Source: Octopus sinensis
Taxonomy: Eukaryota
Length of the DNA: 64,000 bases
Assembly (NCBI RefSeq): GCF_006345805.1
Contig: NW_021836133.1
Span: 186,001 to 250,000 of the forward strand
Reading direction: 5' to 3'
A program made the translations under genes and the position numbers. The notes below the pieces were generated by a model that had not been told where the DNA came from, ran no database searches, and saw nothing but the letters and a program-made list of their open reading frames with translations. Positions 38,802-50,308 of the stretch are shown one piece after another. Position 1 is the stretch's first letter. Each line of letters begins with the position of its first letter.

Positions 38802-41407
38802 ATATGCTTAAGTGTTTTGGATTTCGGGTTTTTTTTCCGCAGGCTTTTTTGACGAGAACTCTCTAAAACTATGCTCGAAAGCACGTGATTTTAATTGATA
38901 AAATAAGTTTCTCTGTTAAAGTATGGCCGTAAGCACAGTGTAGGTGTTGGAAGGAGAGGATATATCCAGTCCTCCTTTGAGTGGGTGTTACATTACGGGT
39001 TTGTTTATGGAGGGGGGTCAATGAGACGGGGGAGGTCGGGTGGAGTCGAGAGCGAAGGAACTGTATATGGAAATGCCTCCAATCTGGCTGATTCCGACAG
39101 AAAATTAAAATTATGACGATTCCTTGTACGTATGTCCAGTTTATAAGACACTGACGAGAGCTGGTGAGTCATGTGGTGGAGGAATGTGTAGGAACTCTGT
39201 CCACCACGGGACATTCCACAAACTTTGTTTTCTCGATAGATCTATGTAGTTGGGGAAAGCCAGATTACTTGATAAAACGGGGAGTGGCCATGATATGCGC
39301 TCTGAACTATTAACATTTGATTTATCACTAATTTTATTATTTGGATTTGCTCACACTTTCTATTGCATAGTTAAGACCACTTAGTGGTAGTAACTAGGTG
39401 TGTCCATTTGATGCCAAATACGCTTGGTTTGTCTAAATAGACAAAGTTTTTTGAAATAATAAAAAATGTAATAACTATTAGGCAACAACGATTATGTAAT
39501 AGCATTTTTTGAGTTTATTCCTATAATCTGTTTATATATTTTTTTTAATTTCTCAACACTGTAATTTTATTTTGCATCATTATTGTCATCCAGAGTGTCA
39601 GAACATTTAACAAGAGAATATAATCTAAATATTTATTTTATTTGATTTGACATTTCTCTTATTTGTTACTCACAATTTGAATGTCCACTGGTTGGTCTTC
39701 GATGTCTTTTTCCACAAATGATGACATTTCTGGGCTGACCAATGCAAAGAGACTGCTTAGAGAAGCGTTCAATTTTACTTCAAAGTCAATTTACAAATGT
39801 AACAAGATGACACAGAGCCATTTTACGTGTTTTGAAGTCCATTTCGACTAATCTGCCAGCACCAAGCACACTTCAGGGTCTTTTTCGATAATTGGGATGT
39901 TTGGTTCTAACAGATTGGAGGAAATGGACTCCGGAAGGGAATAAAATTCATTGGATATCCATTATATGAATCATACGCGTTTCTGTGTATGGAATTTGTT
40001 ATATTCTCACCATTAAAATATGTTTATATCACTGATACAGTGTGATTGTAGTTATTCGACATTCTTTTAGTTTTTTTAATAATTGTGAATGTTTGGTCCT
40101 AACAGATTGGCATATAACAGCCACTTATTTTCAAACATTCGCCACCCAGTCAAGTAGCCCCGGGTGATTCCAAGGGGAGTCAGCTGCTGGTCCAAAAGTA
40201 ATTGTCATGAATACATCACGACAATACTTTTTCAGTACTCATTTCAATACTGTTGAATATTCAGTTTACTTCGATGACTCTTGTGGAGATTATCCCTTAG
40301 ACTTTTGTTTGGGTCTGGTCAAAAATGAGGAAATATAAGTCTAAAAATGTGATTTGATAAATATGATCCTACTTTTAACTACGGATATAAGATCATCAAG
40401 TGTTGCCCCGACTTTTATCATTATTCGGAAGAGCGAGATTTTTTTGAGCTTTATAAAACCGAATTCGTCGGAAAGAACTGCAAGATTGCCGTCAGCAATT
40501 ATATTTGTGCTAATTTATAAATAAAGTTTAAAATAACATTCAAGCTGATATTGTATAAGATAGGAAAGCGGAGCTTATATTCTTTAAGAAGCTTGTATGG
40601 GTCCATTCTTAGCGATTTCAACTGCAAAAGTAACGCTAATTTAGACTATATATCCCGTTTTGAAAAACCTTGAAATTTGCACTATTTTTATAGGTTTTTT
40701 TTTATCTCTTTGTCGATTACAATTGAATTTAAAATTGTTTGTCAACATGAGTCAACATAGTATTTGATGAGGTTTGTTGTCTGAGTTGGTAGTATTTACA
40801 GCTGTTTGGAGATCCTCACACCAGGTTGCAAGGAGTATGTACAATAATAAGTTTTTTAAAATTAATATCTTTTTTTGAGGCAACTACACTATTGACCCGT
40901 CTTGGCTCGACATTTTATCGCGTCGTATTTTATTAAGGCACGCTACTTACGACTTAGACTAAACACAGAATTCACTCGCACTAAAAAAATGTAACCTAGC
41001 TTAGTCTTCTGAATACTTTTTGTCAAGTCCCTGACTTTTTCCGTCCTTTTTATACGGGGTTTCCCTCTCTAATATTTGCAGAATGTTTCTGTAGCGGATA
41101 TTAGTCATGAAGGACATTTCGGGAATTTCCGACCCCATAAATAATATATTAAGTACTATGGACAATAAAAGTCAATTAATTATTTATCTTAGTTAATTGT
41201 TTATATAATGAATAATTTTATAAAATAAATAAAAAAACATTTAAATTCGTGAGTAAGTATGTAGTATGTTGTGGGTAATCATCTGTAGACGTACAGATAC
41301 AAAGGAATCATTTGATTTATGCTGCTGACATATTTGTGGACATTGAGAGCCAAGAATGAAAAATTTTGAGGAGAGATTTTCTTGATTGTAAATAATAATG
41401 CGTAATA

Positions 41408-42533
41408 TGTGACATGGGCAACGCGTTACGCATGGGCAACCGGTTACATTTTTGACCTTGTAGATGTCAAAATTAAATCCTTTGATTATCACAAATAATA
41501 TTTTTATGGGCCAATTATAAAGTTTATCAATGCCTTGTATGGATTTAAATTGGTTTTTGTTCATGTACTTAAATAATTTTAAAAAGTTATTTTTTTTAAT
41601 GTTGGTAAACCTAAACTTATTGGAAAATTTTTAGCGTGCTAGATTTGTTTCTTGTAATGGCTTCATATAGAGGTTATGTCAAAGTTTCTTCAGAGTATCG
41701 AATTTTAAAAGATGCTTGGGAAAATAAATTCCCGGAAGATTTTTCTACGCAAGCAAAATATAGACTTATAAAAAAGATCGAGAATTTTACAATAATCAAT
41801 GAAAGGTACTTTAGATTTACGATTAATGCGCAGATTGTATCTCAAATCTGATGATCCAAAGCTCGTCATTACTTTGGACAATGAAACTGAAATGGAGCAT
41901 GTAGCTAAATCTCTACACGAATATTCACACGGAGGAGTAAACAAGATCGAGTATGAGTGTCGACAAAGATACTTCATTGTTAAAAATGACATAATCAGAA
42001 AAGTCATTCGAAATTGTGAAGTATGTAAATTTGCCTGTCCATTGAAAGTTTTAATTCTTTTTAATTTTTAATGTAGGTTGGTGATATGAATCATCATATT
42101 TTTGCTTCTTCTCCGGTGATATGAATCATATAAGGCAATGAATAGAAAAATGAATGTACACAATAGTAAATACGAGTTTACTGTCGGAGATAAAGTTTAG
42201 ATAAATAATTATAGATAGGTTCGAGTTAAAAAAGATTATGGAACAAACCCTTCGTTACGGTTGGATAAATTCGAGTCTGCATTCTATCCGACGGCTGAAA
42301 TAATTAACATTTTATCAAATAATCGAGTCGAGGTAAATCAATCATTTTTATTTAATAGATAAAATATGCTAAAGGAGAGATATGGACGGTACCAATGGCA
42401 AGACTAAAAAAATGATTAATTTTTTTTGTTAAAATGCATTATTCTTTGAAGTTATTCAATGATTAATAATTGACATCTACAAGGTCAAAAAATGTAACCG
42501 GTTGCCCATGCGTAACGCGTTGCCCATGTCACA
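41408..42533 (+). mobile_element. Ginger-like (integrase-type) DNA transposon, internally deleted
   Basis: ~63-bp TIRs TGTGACATGGGCAACGCGTTACGC...GTAGATGTCAA with TGT..ACA ends and 5-bp TSD TAATA. HHCC motif LHEYSHGG..VIRNCEVC present. DDE core missing. Confidence 0.88.
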
Positions 42534-43439
42534 TAATATATATCATAATCACGTACTCACATCAATGCAAATTTCAAATACATTTTATTGGCTTCCTCAC
42601 TTGTCCTTTTGATTGATCTCAAATTTATAAACGAAATTGAATATTCGGAATCAAGTTATGATAGAAAATCCGAATAAAAAGATATTTAATTTATATTCAT
42701 AATTGCATGAGATTAATCAAATATTTTTAATAGTTTAATCACCTAATAATTGAATAGGAGATTAGCATTATAACAGAGATAAGTTACATTGACAGTCTGT
42801 CATATATAGAATCATCTTTTAGATATAATGAAATGAGATTTTTTATAAAATGCATATTCTCAGTACAAAGAATTGTTTTAATTGTCAAACATAAAAGATC
42901 TATCATAGATAATAACTGCTTGTAGCCTTCTATCGAAAATCTTTTCCGACTGCGTAAAAAACAGACTAAAATTTGGATTGGCTAATATTTAGATGATTGC
43001 ACTATGTTTTGTCCTCCCGATATTTTGTTAAACAATTTTGAATCTCTAATCACAGCTTGTTATTCATTGATTTTGAAATTAATTCTCTCAAATCGGAAAT
43101 TAAAAACATTTTTATTCATTTTAAGGTCTTTTGTTAATCTGAAATTTATAAACGAAATTGAATATTCGGAATCAAGTTATGATAGAAAATCCGAATAAAA
43201 AGATTTTTCACGCTCTGGTGCGCTCTTCTGCTGAGAAGTAATCGGCATTAAAGTTAATAAAAACAAATTTGTTAAATTGAAATTATAAATTTTCTAACTT
43301 TTTCCTGCCAAATTTGATTCAATGCTCCGAAAATTCAATTAATTTTGTTTATAATTTCGGATTAATTTTGTTTATTATTACAAAATAATTTTGTTGATTA
43401 ATTTTTTTAATTAATTTTTCAAATTTAATTAACAGCACG

Positions 43440-44500
43440 CTTTCTATGGTTAGAAAAAGGACTGAAGTCAAAATTCATCTAAAAGAACAGATTTGTAAAA
43501 ATTAAGGATTCGAGGAAAATGTCTCTGAATGAATTGTCTCAAATTATCAGAAGAGAATTAAACCTGGACCTACGAAATTCTACTTTATCTGAAATTTTAA
43601 AATAAAGAACAATGAAAAAGTGAGAGCTCAAACACTTACTATAGACAAGCTTGTAAAAATTATTATCTGCTTGAGAATTCATTGATAAAATGGATATCTC
43701 GAATGGATGTTATTAACGGAATGGACTGGACACAGCAAGAAACCAAACTGTTTCAAAGGATTCAATGTTGGAAAATACTGTCATTATTATCCAAATTCGA
43801 AAGCCAGTTATTTGTTTAATTGCGTGATGCTGCTACTTGATGATGAACTGAAGCAATATAACAAAATTTATTTACTTCTTGATTACGCGCCACATTTTGA
43901 AGAACAATTTTCCAAACATTGAAGTTATAAAGCTTCCAAAGAGTCAACTGCTAATCTTCAACCAATGGATGCATGAATAATAATAAATCTAAGGCATCAT
44001 TTCAGAAACAAGTTAGTGGTTGATTATATGAATTTGCTTGATTAAACTTTTTTGTTAATTTTAGACACCCAATATTGTTACTTCACGAAGAAAAAAAATA
44101 ATTACTTTAACAAAAAAAGTGTAAAACAAGAAACTATCAGTAATTGTTTTAAAAAAGTTGGAATTATTCAAGTCTTATGCTGGAGAAGAGTTGTCTCCAG
44201 ATCCAATTATTGAGGCACACAATAATGAGCTAGACCAAATTGTGATTGAAGAAGATATATTTCAAACAGAAAAAGTCATTGATGACGATGAAATCATTGG
44301 ACTGTTTCAAGAAGAATACACTGTTGAAGATATCATACTTAATGCTGAAGATGGCCAGAGTTACGATATTAGCCCAACCACTTTATTTGATGCAATTCAA
44401 TAAAGTATTTTACATTTTTTTATAAAATCGAAAATTCAAAACCAAAAAAAGTGAACAAGTTTAATTTACTTAAATATATCAAAGAAATGTTCAATTTTTT
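43440..44500 (+). mobile_element. Degraded pogo/Tigger remnant
   Basis: GHSKKPNCFKGFN, IYLLLDYAPH and LQPMD motifs with many stops. Confidence 0.65.
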
Positions 44501-44537
44501 TAAAATAATTCAAATTCAATAATTCGTAATATCGCTA

Positions 44538-44960
44538 CATGGCTAGTCATACTACTTTTGAAGAAAAAGCCATAATCATTTGGATGTATAAATCTGGAAA
44601 AAACATACAGAGAAATACAAAATATCACCAAAAGATTGCTCGGCACGACATCGAAAATTATCAGAAGCTACTTAAATAACTGCTTGACGGACAGAAAAGC
44701 CGGGTCTGGTCGACCGTCGTTGCTTAATTGTTAATAAATATTTTAAATAAATAAGGTTTGAAAAGAGATGCCCATTTAAACTTTGTTAAATAAGCCAAAA
44801 CTTTTACAGAAAAAAACAGGAAAATCAGTAACAGCTTAAACAAGAAAAAATAAAATGAAAAAAATTGGTTTGAATGTTTATCTGGCCATGAAAATCCCAC
44901 TTCTTACCCAAAAACATAAACTTCGACGATTGACGTATCTAAAAATCAATGTACACAAAT
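44538..44960 (+). mobile_element. Tc1 N-terminal remnant
   Basis: MASHTTFEEKAIIIWMYKSGK and RKAGSGRPSLL. Decayed. Confidence 0.55.
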
Positions 44961-45270
44961 CACATCATTTTCCTTGTTCTGTAGTATGGTATTGAACGAG
45001 GCAAACTTGTTCCTCGAATACTCCCGAATACATCTCCGGATCCTTCGGCCCGCAAACAGCCAAGTTCTTGAAGGACGTCGGCCTCTTTATCGCTCGAAGA
45101 AACATGGAGGACGCGAATCCTCTTGGCTGAGACAAAGGATTTCGGTTACAATCATGCGCGGCAACGCACAAGCTATCCGTTCGACCTGGACATAACCGTT
45201 ATCTCACAGCGCTCGTAGGTCGAGCTCGTTTTTCCTCGCGGACTTTTTCATTTTCACTTTTAAACTGATT
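44960..45270 (+). mobile_element. 3' stub of CRE-like RLE retroelement
   Basis: RESSWLRQRISVTIMRGNAQAI. Confidence 0.75.
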
Positions 45271-45279
45271 ACATTTGGT

Positions 45280-45600
45280 TGTAATAGCAGAATTAACTGC
45301 CCAAAATGGTCATCTCAAATACACTTGCTGAAAATATTATGTATTTCTTCTTTTAAAATTTCGTTAAAAATGTGCAAAAATAATTCAGAGATAATAAAAA
45401 ACACCCCTCTCAGTAATAATACATTTCGTAGAAAAATTGATGAAATGTCCATACAAATTGAAGACATATTGTCTGATAAATTGACAAGAATTAAATTTTT
45501 TGAAAATGATAAAATTTTCTCAAAACATTTATTTATGCTGAAATCAGAAATAAATTCCCATTTTCATAATATAATAAATATTCAAATTCCACAATGAATC
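45280..45600 (+). mobile_element. hAT (Buster-type) transposase fragment
   Basis: IKNTPLSNNTFRRKIDEMS. Confidence 0.6.
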
Positions 45601-46888
45601 TATACTATTCGAATCCATAATGTGACTGCTTGTGCTAAGTTTGCTATGCAAGCTTAGGGGTTAATAAATAAATAAATAATGGGAATTACTAAGTGGTCAT
45701 AAATTTAATTACAAAAACAGAAGGGGTACATTATTCAATTGAGAAAGCATTTACTGATCTGGAATTTAAAATCAAATATTTCGACATATATTTGTGTTCA
45801 TAACTAATCGCGATAATGAACAACATCGAGAGTGATAAATCCAGAGTTATCCTTGATTTCGAATTCTTAAATTATAACTCGTGGAGCAGAGTAAAAGCTG
45901 CCCGTGATCTCTACTTAATTCATAGATTTCTACAATTAAAAACATTAAATTGATAACTCCTGATAAAAATTTTTCTGCCCATCGAACAGATGTCTCAAAA
46001 AATAATTTTCCAGTTTATTCATCAAAACTCCTCTTGTGAACGAACTGTTTTATTGGTCGAAGAAATCTCATATCAGACCAGAGAAAATAAGATAATACAC
46101 TCAACCCTCGCAAATTGGCCCCTCTCAAATTGGCCACAAATTTTAATTTTTTTGTACTATAATTTTTATTCTTCAAAATTTTTTTTAATAAATTTGAATT
46201 TTATTAATAAAATTTGTCCCAAATGTCTTCTCGCAATATTTATACTCGTCCGAATTTTAATCAGAAAATAGAAATTTTATCTTATAAAGAAAGAATCCTC
46301 ATTTTTCGTGTCATCATTTGGCCGAAAGAATTTCTTTTTTGTTTAATAAAAAAATTTCTCGAAAAACAAACAACAACATTCTTTTGAAAAAAGATTCTCT
46401 TCTCAAAGATAGCAAGATACACAATCTAGGTTCAAAAAAGTATCAAATCTTAAGTTTCCTGAACTTGATGCAAAATTGGTTGAATGGATGGATTTGATTG
46501 AGTCTAGAGGTATCTTATTTAGGGTCTAATATTTAGGCGGTTTTCTTAATGATGCCTTAATTTCTAGTAAGGCTATGTTTTTTGCGCAACAACTTAAACT
46601 AGTAAATTTTAAAAACTCAAATGGTTTTTTGAAAAAATTTAAAAAACGACATGGATTTCGAATGCGAAAATTCATGGAAAATTGAAAACAGATGATCCCG
46701 TTGATATCTAATCTTTCCTTTCTAAATTTCGTGAAGTTTTACAGAGATACAATGATGATCAAATTTACAACTTAGATGAAACTAGATTGTTTTATAAAAT
46801 CATTCCTTCAAAATCTATTTGTCGCAACCGATTTAAAGGTTACAAAAATTTCAAGGATCGTGTTTCTATAATGCTTTGCACAAATTGA

Positions 46889-49554
46889 TTGAAATAAGTT
46901 AGTCAAGGATTAAAAGGCACTTGCGGTTGCACGCATGATGGAGTGTGCATTGCCGCGAACGACAGCTATTCCAATTTGTTGGAATAACCATGACACTTCT
47001 CGAGGCTCCCCACGTCGCCTAGCAACTTTTCCTCCGACTTCTCTGATGAAAGAAGTCGTAAGAGGGCCGGTTACCCCAGAAGTCTCCACAGCGATAGGTA
47101 CGAAGCGGTACCGTTGTCCAAGATTTGCGTATTTGGCAATTTTTCTTTGCTCTGCAGCATCTGCTGCAGAACCTGGAGAAACAGCAGAAGAGATCATATT
47201 AGTTTTGGAATGGGTGTCAACACACGTTGAATCCCAAACCAACGATTTTCCACAGGAGTAGGGAAAAGTGGTCATCCCATCGGGTCTTTTCCCATCTCCA
47301 CGATATAAGCCCACTGGCTCTAGGATCGAGGGGAAGCCCGCCGACTCAAAAGCTCTTAAGATAACATTGTTAATAGCGGAGTGCCGAGGAGCTCGGCCAG
47401 CACTTCGTTTGCAAGAGAGTGGGTGTACACCTTTGACGTCAACCATTTTTCCACATCTACAACGATGTTGTTCGCAGATGTCAAGTCCGAGTCTCAGTGC
47501 AGTACCGATACGCATGCAGTCATCCTCTAATAATGTTCCGAGGCCAGCAATTGGCATAGCATTCAGCCATGACCCACTGAGTGGCACAGCTGCAGAGCGT
47601 AAGCAGGCGAGGCGGTGCTGGTCGAGCCTCATTGCCAGGTTGTCTGCGGTGAACGCCTCTCTCTACTCGACTCCCACACGGCCTTTTTCCTCCTCAAAAA
47701 TTGCATCCACGTTCCCAAACTGTTATATTTATTGAGATGCTCGCCCTGCTTTATACAAGATGAAATATTGCATTCTATCGATGATACGTTAAGATTGTGA
47801 GCCGAGTGGATCCTAAATGTCCGTTTCGATAATGATGGGTGGACCCAGTGTAAACTACCTCTTAATTCTGGCAAAGCTGGCCTAAGATCCGCCCTGGACC
47901 TTGCCCTCCCAGCTTTCCTGTCCTCTCACTCATCCTGCCGAAGGCTATCCTTGGAGATTCTACATAAATCCCCCGAATCTTCTTTGGACAGGCCTTTTGA
48001 AGATGGATGTACAGTGGGCGCAAAAAAAATCCGGTTTTCTTATTTTTCGAATTTTTCAATATAAATTTTATATTATTTTTTTTTAATTTAGTATCATTTG
48101 AAATGTAAATCGAGTATGTTTTTAATTTTAAGTATTTTTTTATTTTTCATAGAGATATCTTGAATTTAATTTTAAAATGCGCAAAAAAAACTCGGTTTTT
48201 TTAATTATTGAGTCTTTTATTCTCAAAAATTTGAAATTGTTGTCATTTTTGTTGTTGTTGGATGTCGTGTATTTCAGAAATTGTGAAAGGACAAATTATT
48301 CAACTTTATTTCCTTAATTGGACATATAAACAAATTTCAGAAGAAGTAGAAATTCCCAGATCAACAGTGGGAGATTACATACGTAAATACAAAAAATATG
48401 GAACAACACAGAGACTGTCCGGTTCTGGAAGACCTAGGACATTAAATAATGATGATATAAATACTTTATTGACGCTTGTTTCTGACAATCCGAAAAAATC
48501 TTCCCGTTGCCTGTCAAAGGATCTTCATTCTTTGACAGGAAAAATCGTCTCAAAACGAACAATTGGGAATTATCTGAAACAAAAGGAAATATATTCACGT
48601 GTGTGTCAAAAAAAACCGTATCTGTCTAAAATTAATATCGAAAAACGATATGCCTTGTCAAAAAAATTTATCGCACTGAATATGACGTCATGGAAATCAA
48701 CTATTTTTAGTGATGAATGCTGTTTCGAAATTTTTAATCACAAAAAAAGGAATTTTGTTATAGGAAAAACAACACACGTCTAGAAAAATCGCACTTATCT
48801 CCAACTGTTAAATTTGGAGGGGGAAAAATAATGGTGTGTGGGATTTTCGGGTATTATGGAGTAGGCAATCTAGTATTTATAAATGGAACTATGAACTCAG
48901 CAACTTATGTGAACATATTATCAAATAATCTGTGGGAGTCCGCTGCGAAAATGTGCTTGAATGAATTCATATTCCAACAAGACATGGCTCCTCCACACAC
49001 ATCAAAGATCACGAAAGATTTCTTTGCCGAAAGAAGCGTCAAACTATTGGATTGGGCACCGCAATCGCCAGATTTAAATCCAATAGAACATCTTTGGGCA
49101 TATATTAAAAGTAAATTGTACGAAAATCCTCCAAAAAATATGCATGAGCTGAAAGATAAAATTATCGAAATTTGGGAAAATATGCCGAAAGATCTAATAC
49201 AGAAACTCATAAACAGCATGCCGAGAAGGGTGTACGATGTTTTTATGGCTAAAGGACGGCATATTAAATATTAATTTGACATTTTTTTAAAAAACCGGGT
49301 TTTTTTTGCGCATTGTAAATTTAAATTGGAAATATCTCTTGAAAAAAAATAATGAAAATAATCAAAATAAAAAATAAGAGTTACTTTTCACTAAAATTTA
49401 AGATTAAAAAAAATATTATATCGCACAATATAAAAAAATAGAGAAATTAGAAAACCGGATTTTTTTTGCGCCCACTGTATGCTGTGGAAGGAATCAGGAT
49501 TAAAATTCCCGATCCAAACATCACTCCAACAGAGCTGGGACAAATTAAGCTACA
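46889..49554 (-). mobile_element. CRE-like RLE non-LTR retroelement, 5'-truncated with an inverted 5' segment
   Basis: Minus-strand ORF 46910-47632 has a Cys/His knuckle, RH..IN, GDGKRPDG, LVWDSTC and AVETSG. The immediately upstream coding region lies on the plus strand at 47651-48011 and 49480-49554. Candidate TSD AAATTGA (46882-46888, 49555-49561). Confidence 0.88.
48012..49477 (+). mobile_element. Tc1 transposon, near-intact, with long IR/DR-type ends
   Basis: TIR CAGTGGGCGCAAAAAAAATCCGGTTTTCT with TA TSD, and inner repeats at ~48179 and ~49290. Catalytic motifs FSDE, QQD and SPDLNPIEHLW. One 1-nt frameshift near 48758. Confidence 0.95.
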
Positions 49555-49768
49555 AAATTGACTTGTAAATGATATAGAACTCATTGATTCACAAAATTAT
49601 ATAGAACTGGCGGCTTTGTTCAAAAATGCGTCCATTTAAAATATTTTTTGTACGGCCCGCGAAGCTAATCTTAATTATCGATTTGGAAGGATTATCGATT
49701 TTTAAATCTAATTGGCCAACAAAATTGAAGTATCCAAAATGCCCAATTTGAAACGGTTGAGTGTATTA

Positions 49769-50303
49769 AAAAAATCAGAATAGTAGAAAAGAATCAAAAT
49801 AATAAAAAAATCAAAATAAACAATAAAATACTAGAAAAAAATAAATTTAAACAAGTCTGTATAAATGCATATTAATTAATTGATAAAATGAATACAAATT
49901 CACTTGCAAAATATACTTTATGCAAGATATTTTACCAGTAATCAATTTAATTAATAGTCAAACAAATAAAAAAACAAAAAATTATAAAATTAAAACATAA
50001 AAGCACGAAAAAATAAAATAAGAATTAACTGCATACATGCACAACAAAAGAAAATAATATAACGTGCGTAATAATTTATTGTAGTTAATTCGATAAATTA
50101 AAAACATTTAAAAAATAAAATAAATAACATTTAATATCACCAATCTGTATTATTTCAGCTCGTCAAATATAAGGGCAAAAAGAAATTGTTCTACAAGGAT
50201 CCTTTTCTTCTAAACCTGCCATCAAATTTTGTCTTCAAAAAAAAAGTTTGTTGAGCCATGGGAAAAATGCCAGAATTTCCACATCCTTAGATGCAAAATT
50301 GAT
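49769..50303. repeat. Dispersed ~540-bp A-rich repeat, copy 1
   Basis: Near-identical to ~62449-62987. Confidence 0.88.
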
Positions 50304-50308
50304 TTCGT

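Larger units (their letters stand above)
29960..39313 (+). pseudogene. DNAH1: Axonemal inner-arm dynein heavy chain (DNAH1-like), AAA3 to C-terminus, decayed
   Basis: VPTVD..[110 protein letters not shown] and terminal KRGVAMICALNY*. Many nonsense codons, frameshifts, large deletions and three insertions. Confidence 0.9.
46098..49763 (+). mobile_element. pogo/Tigger element, outer member of a three-level nest, containing a 27-nt intron
   Basis: TA-flanked imperfect TIRs CACTCAACCCTCGCAAATTGG / CCAATTTGAAACGGTTGAGTG. The transposase in 46223-46885 is closely similar to the 23719-24213 copy (YNLDET, IPSKSICRNRFKGYKNFKD). Confidence 0.8.

Noticed and set aside
29960-39313. Alternative genetic code (TGA or TAG read as Trp) suggested by stops at conserved Trp positions
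   Set aside because: Both TAG and TGA occur at Trp sites, alongside frameshifts and insertions. Intact genes use TGG for Trp and end in TAA. G>A decay of a pseudogene explains it.
39330-41100. Possible Merlin or Harbinger transposase remnants, with related pieces near 14.9 and 19.3 kb
   Set aside because: Too degraded to assign a family by eye.
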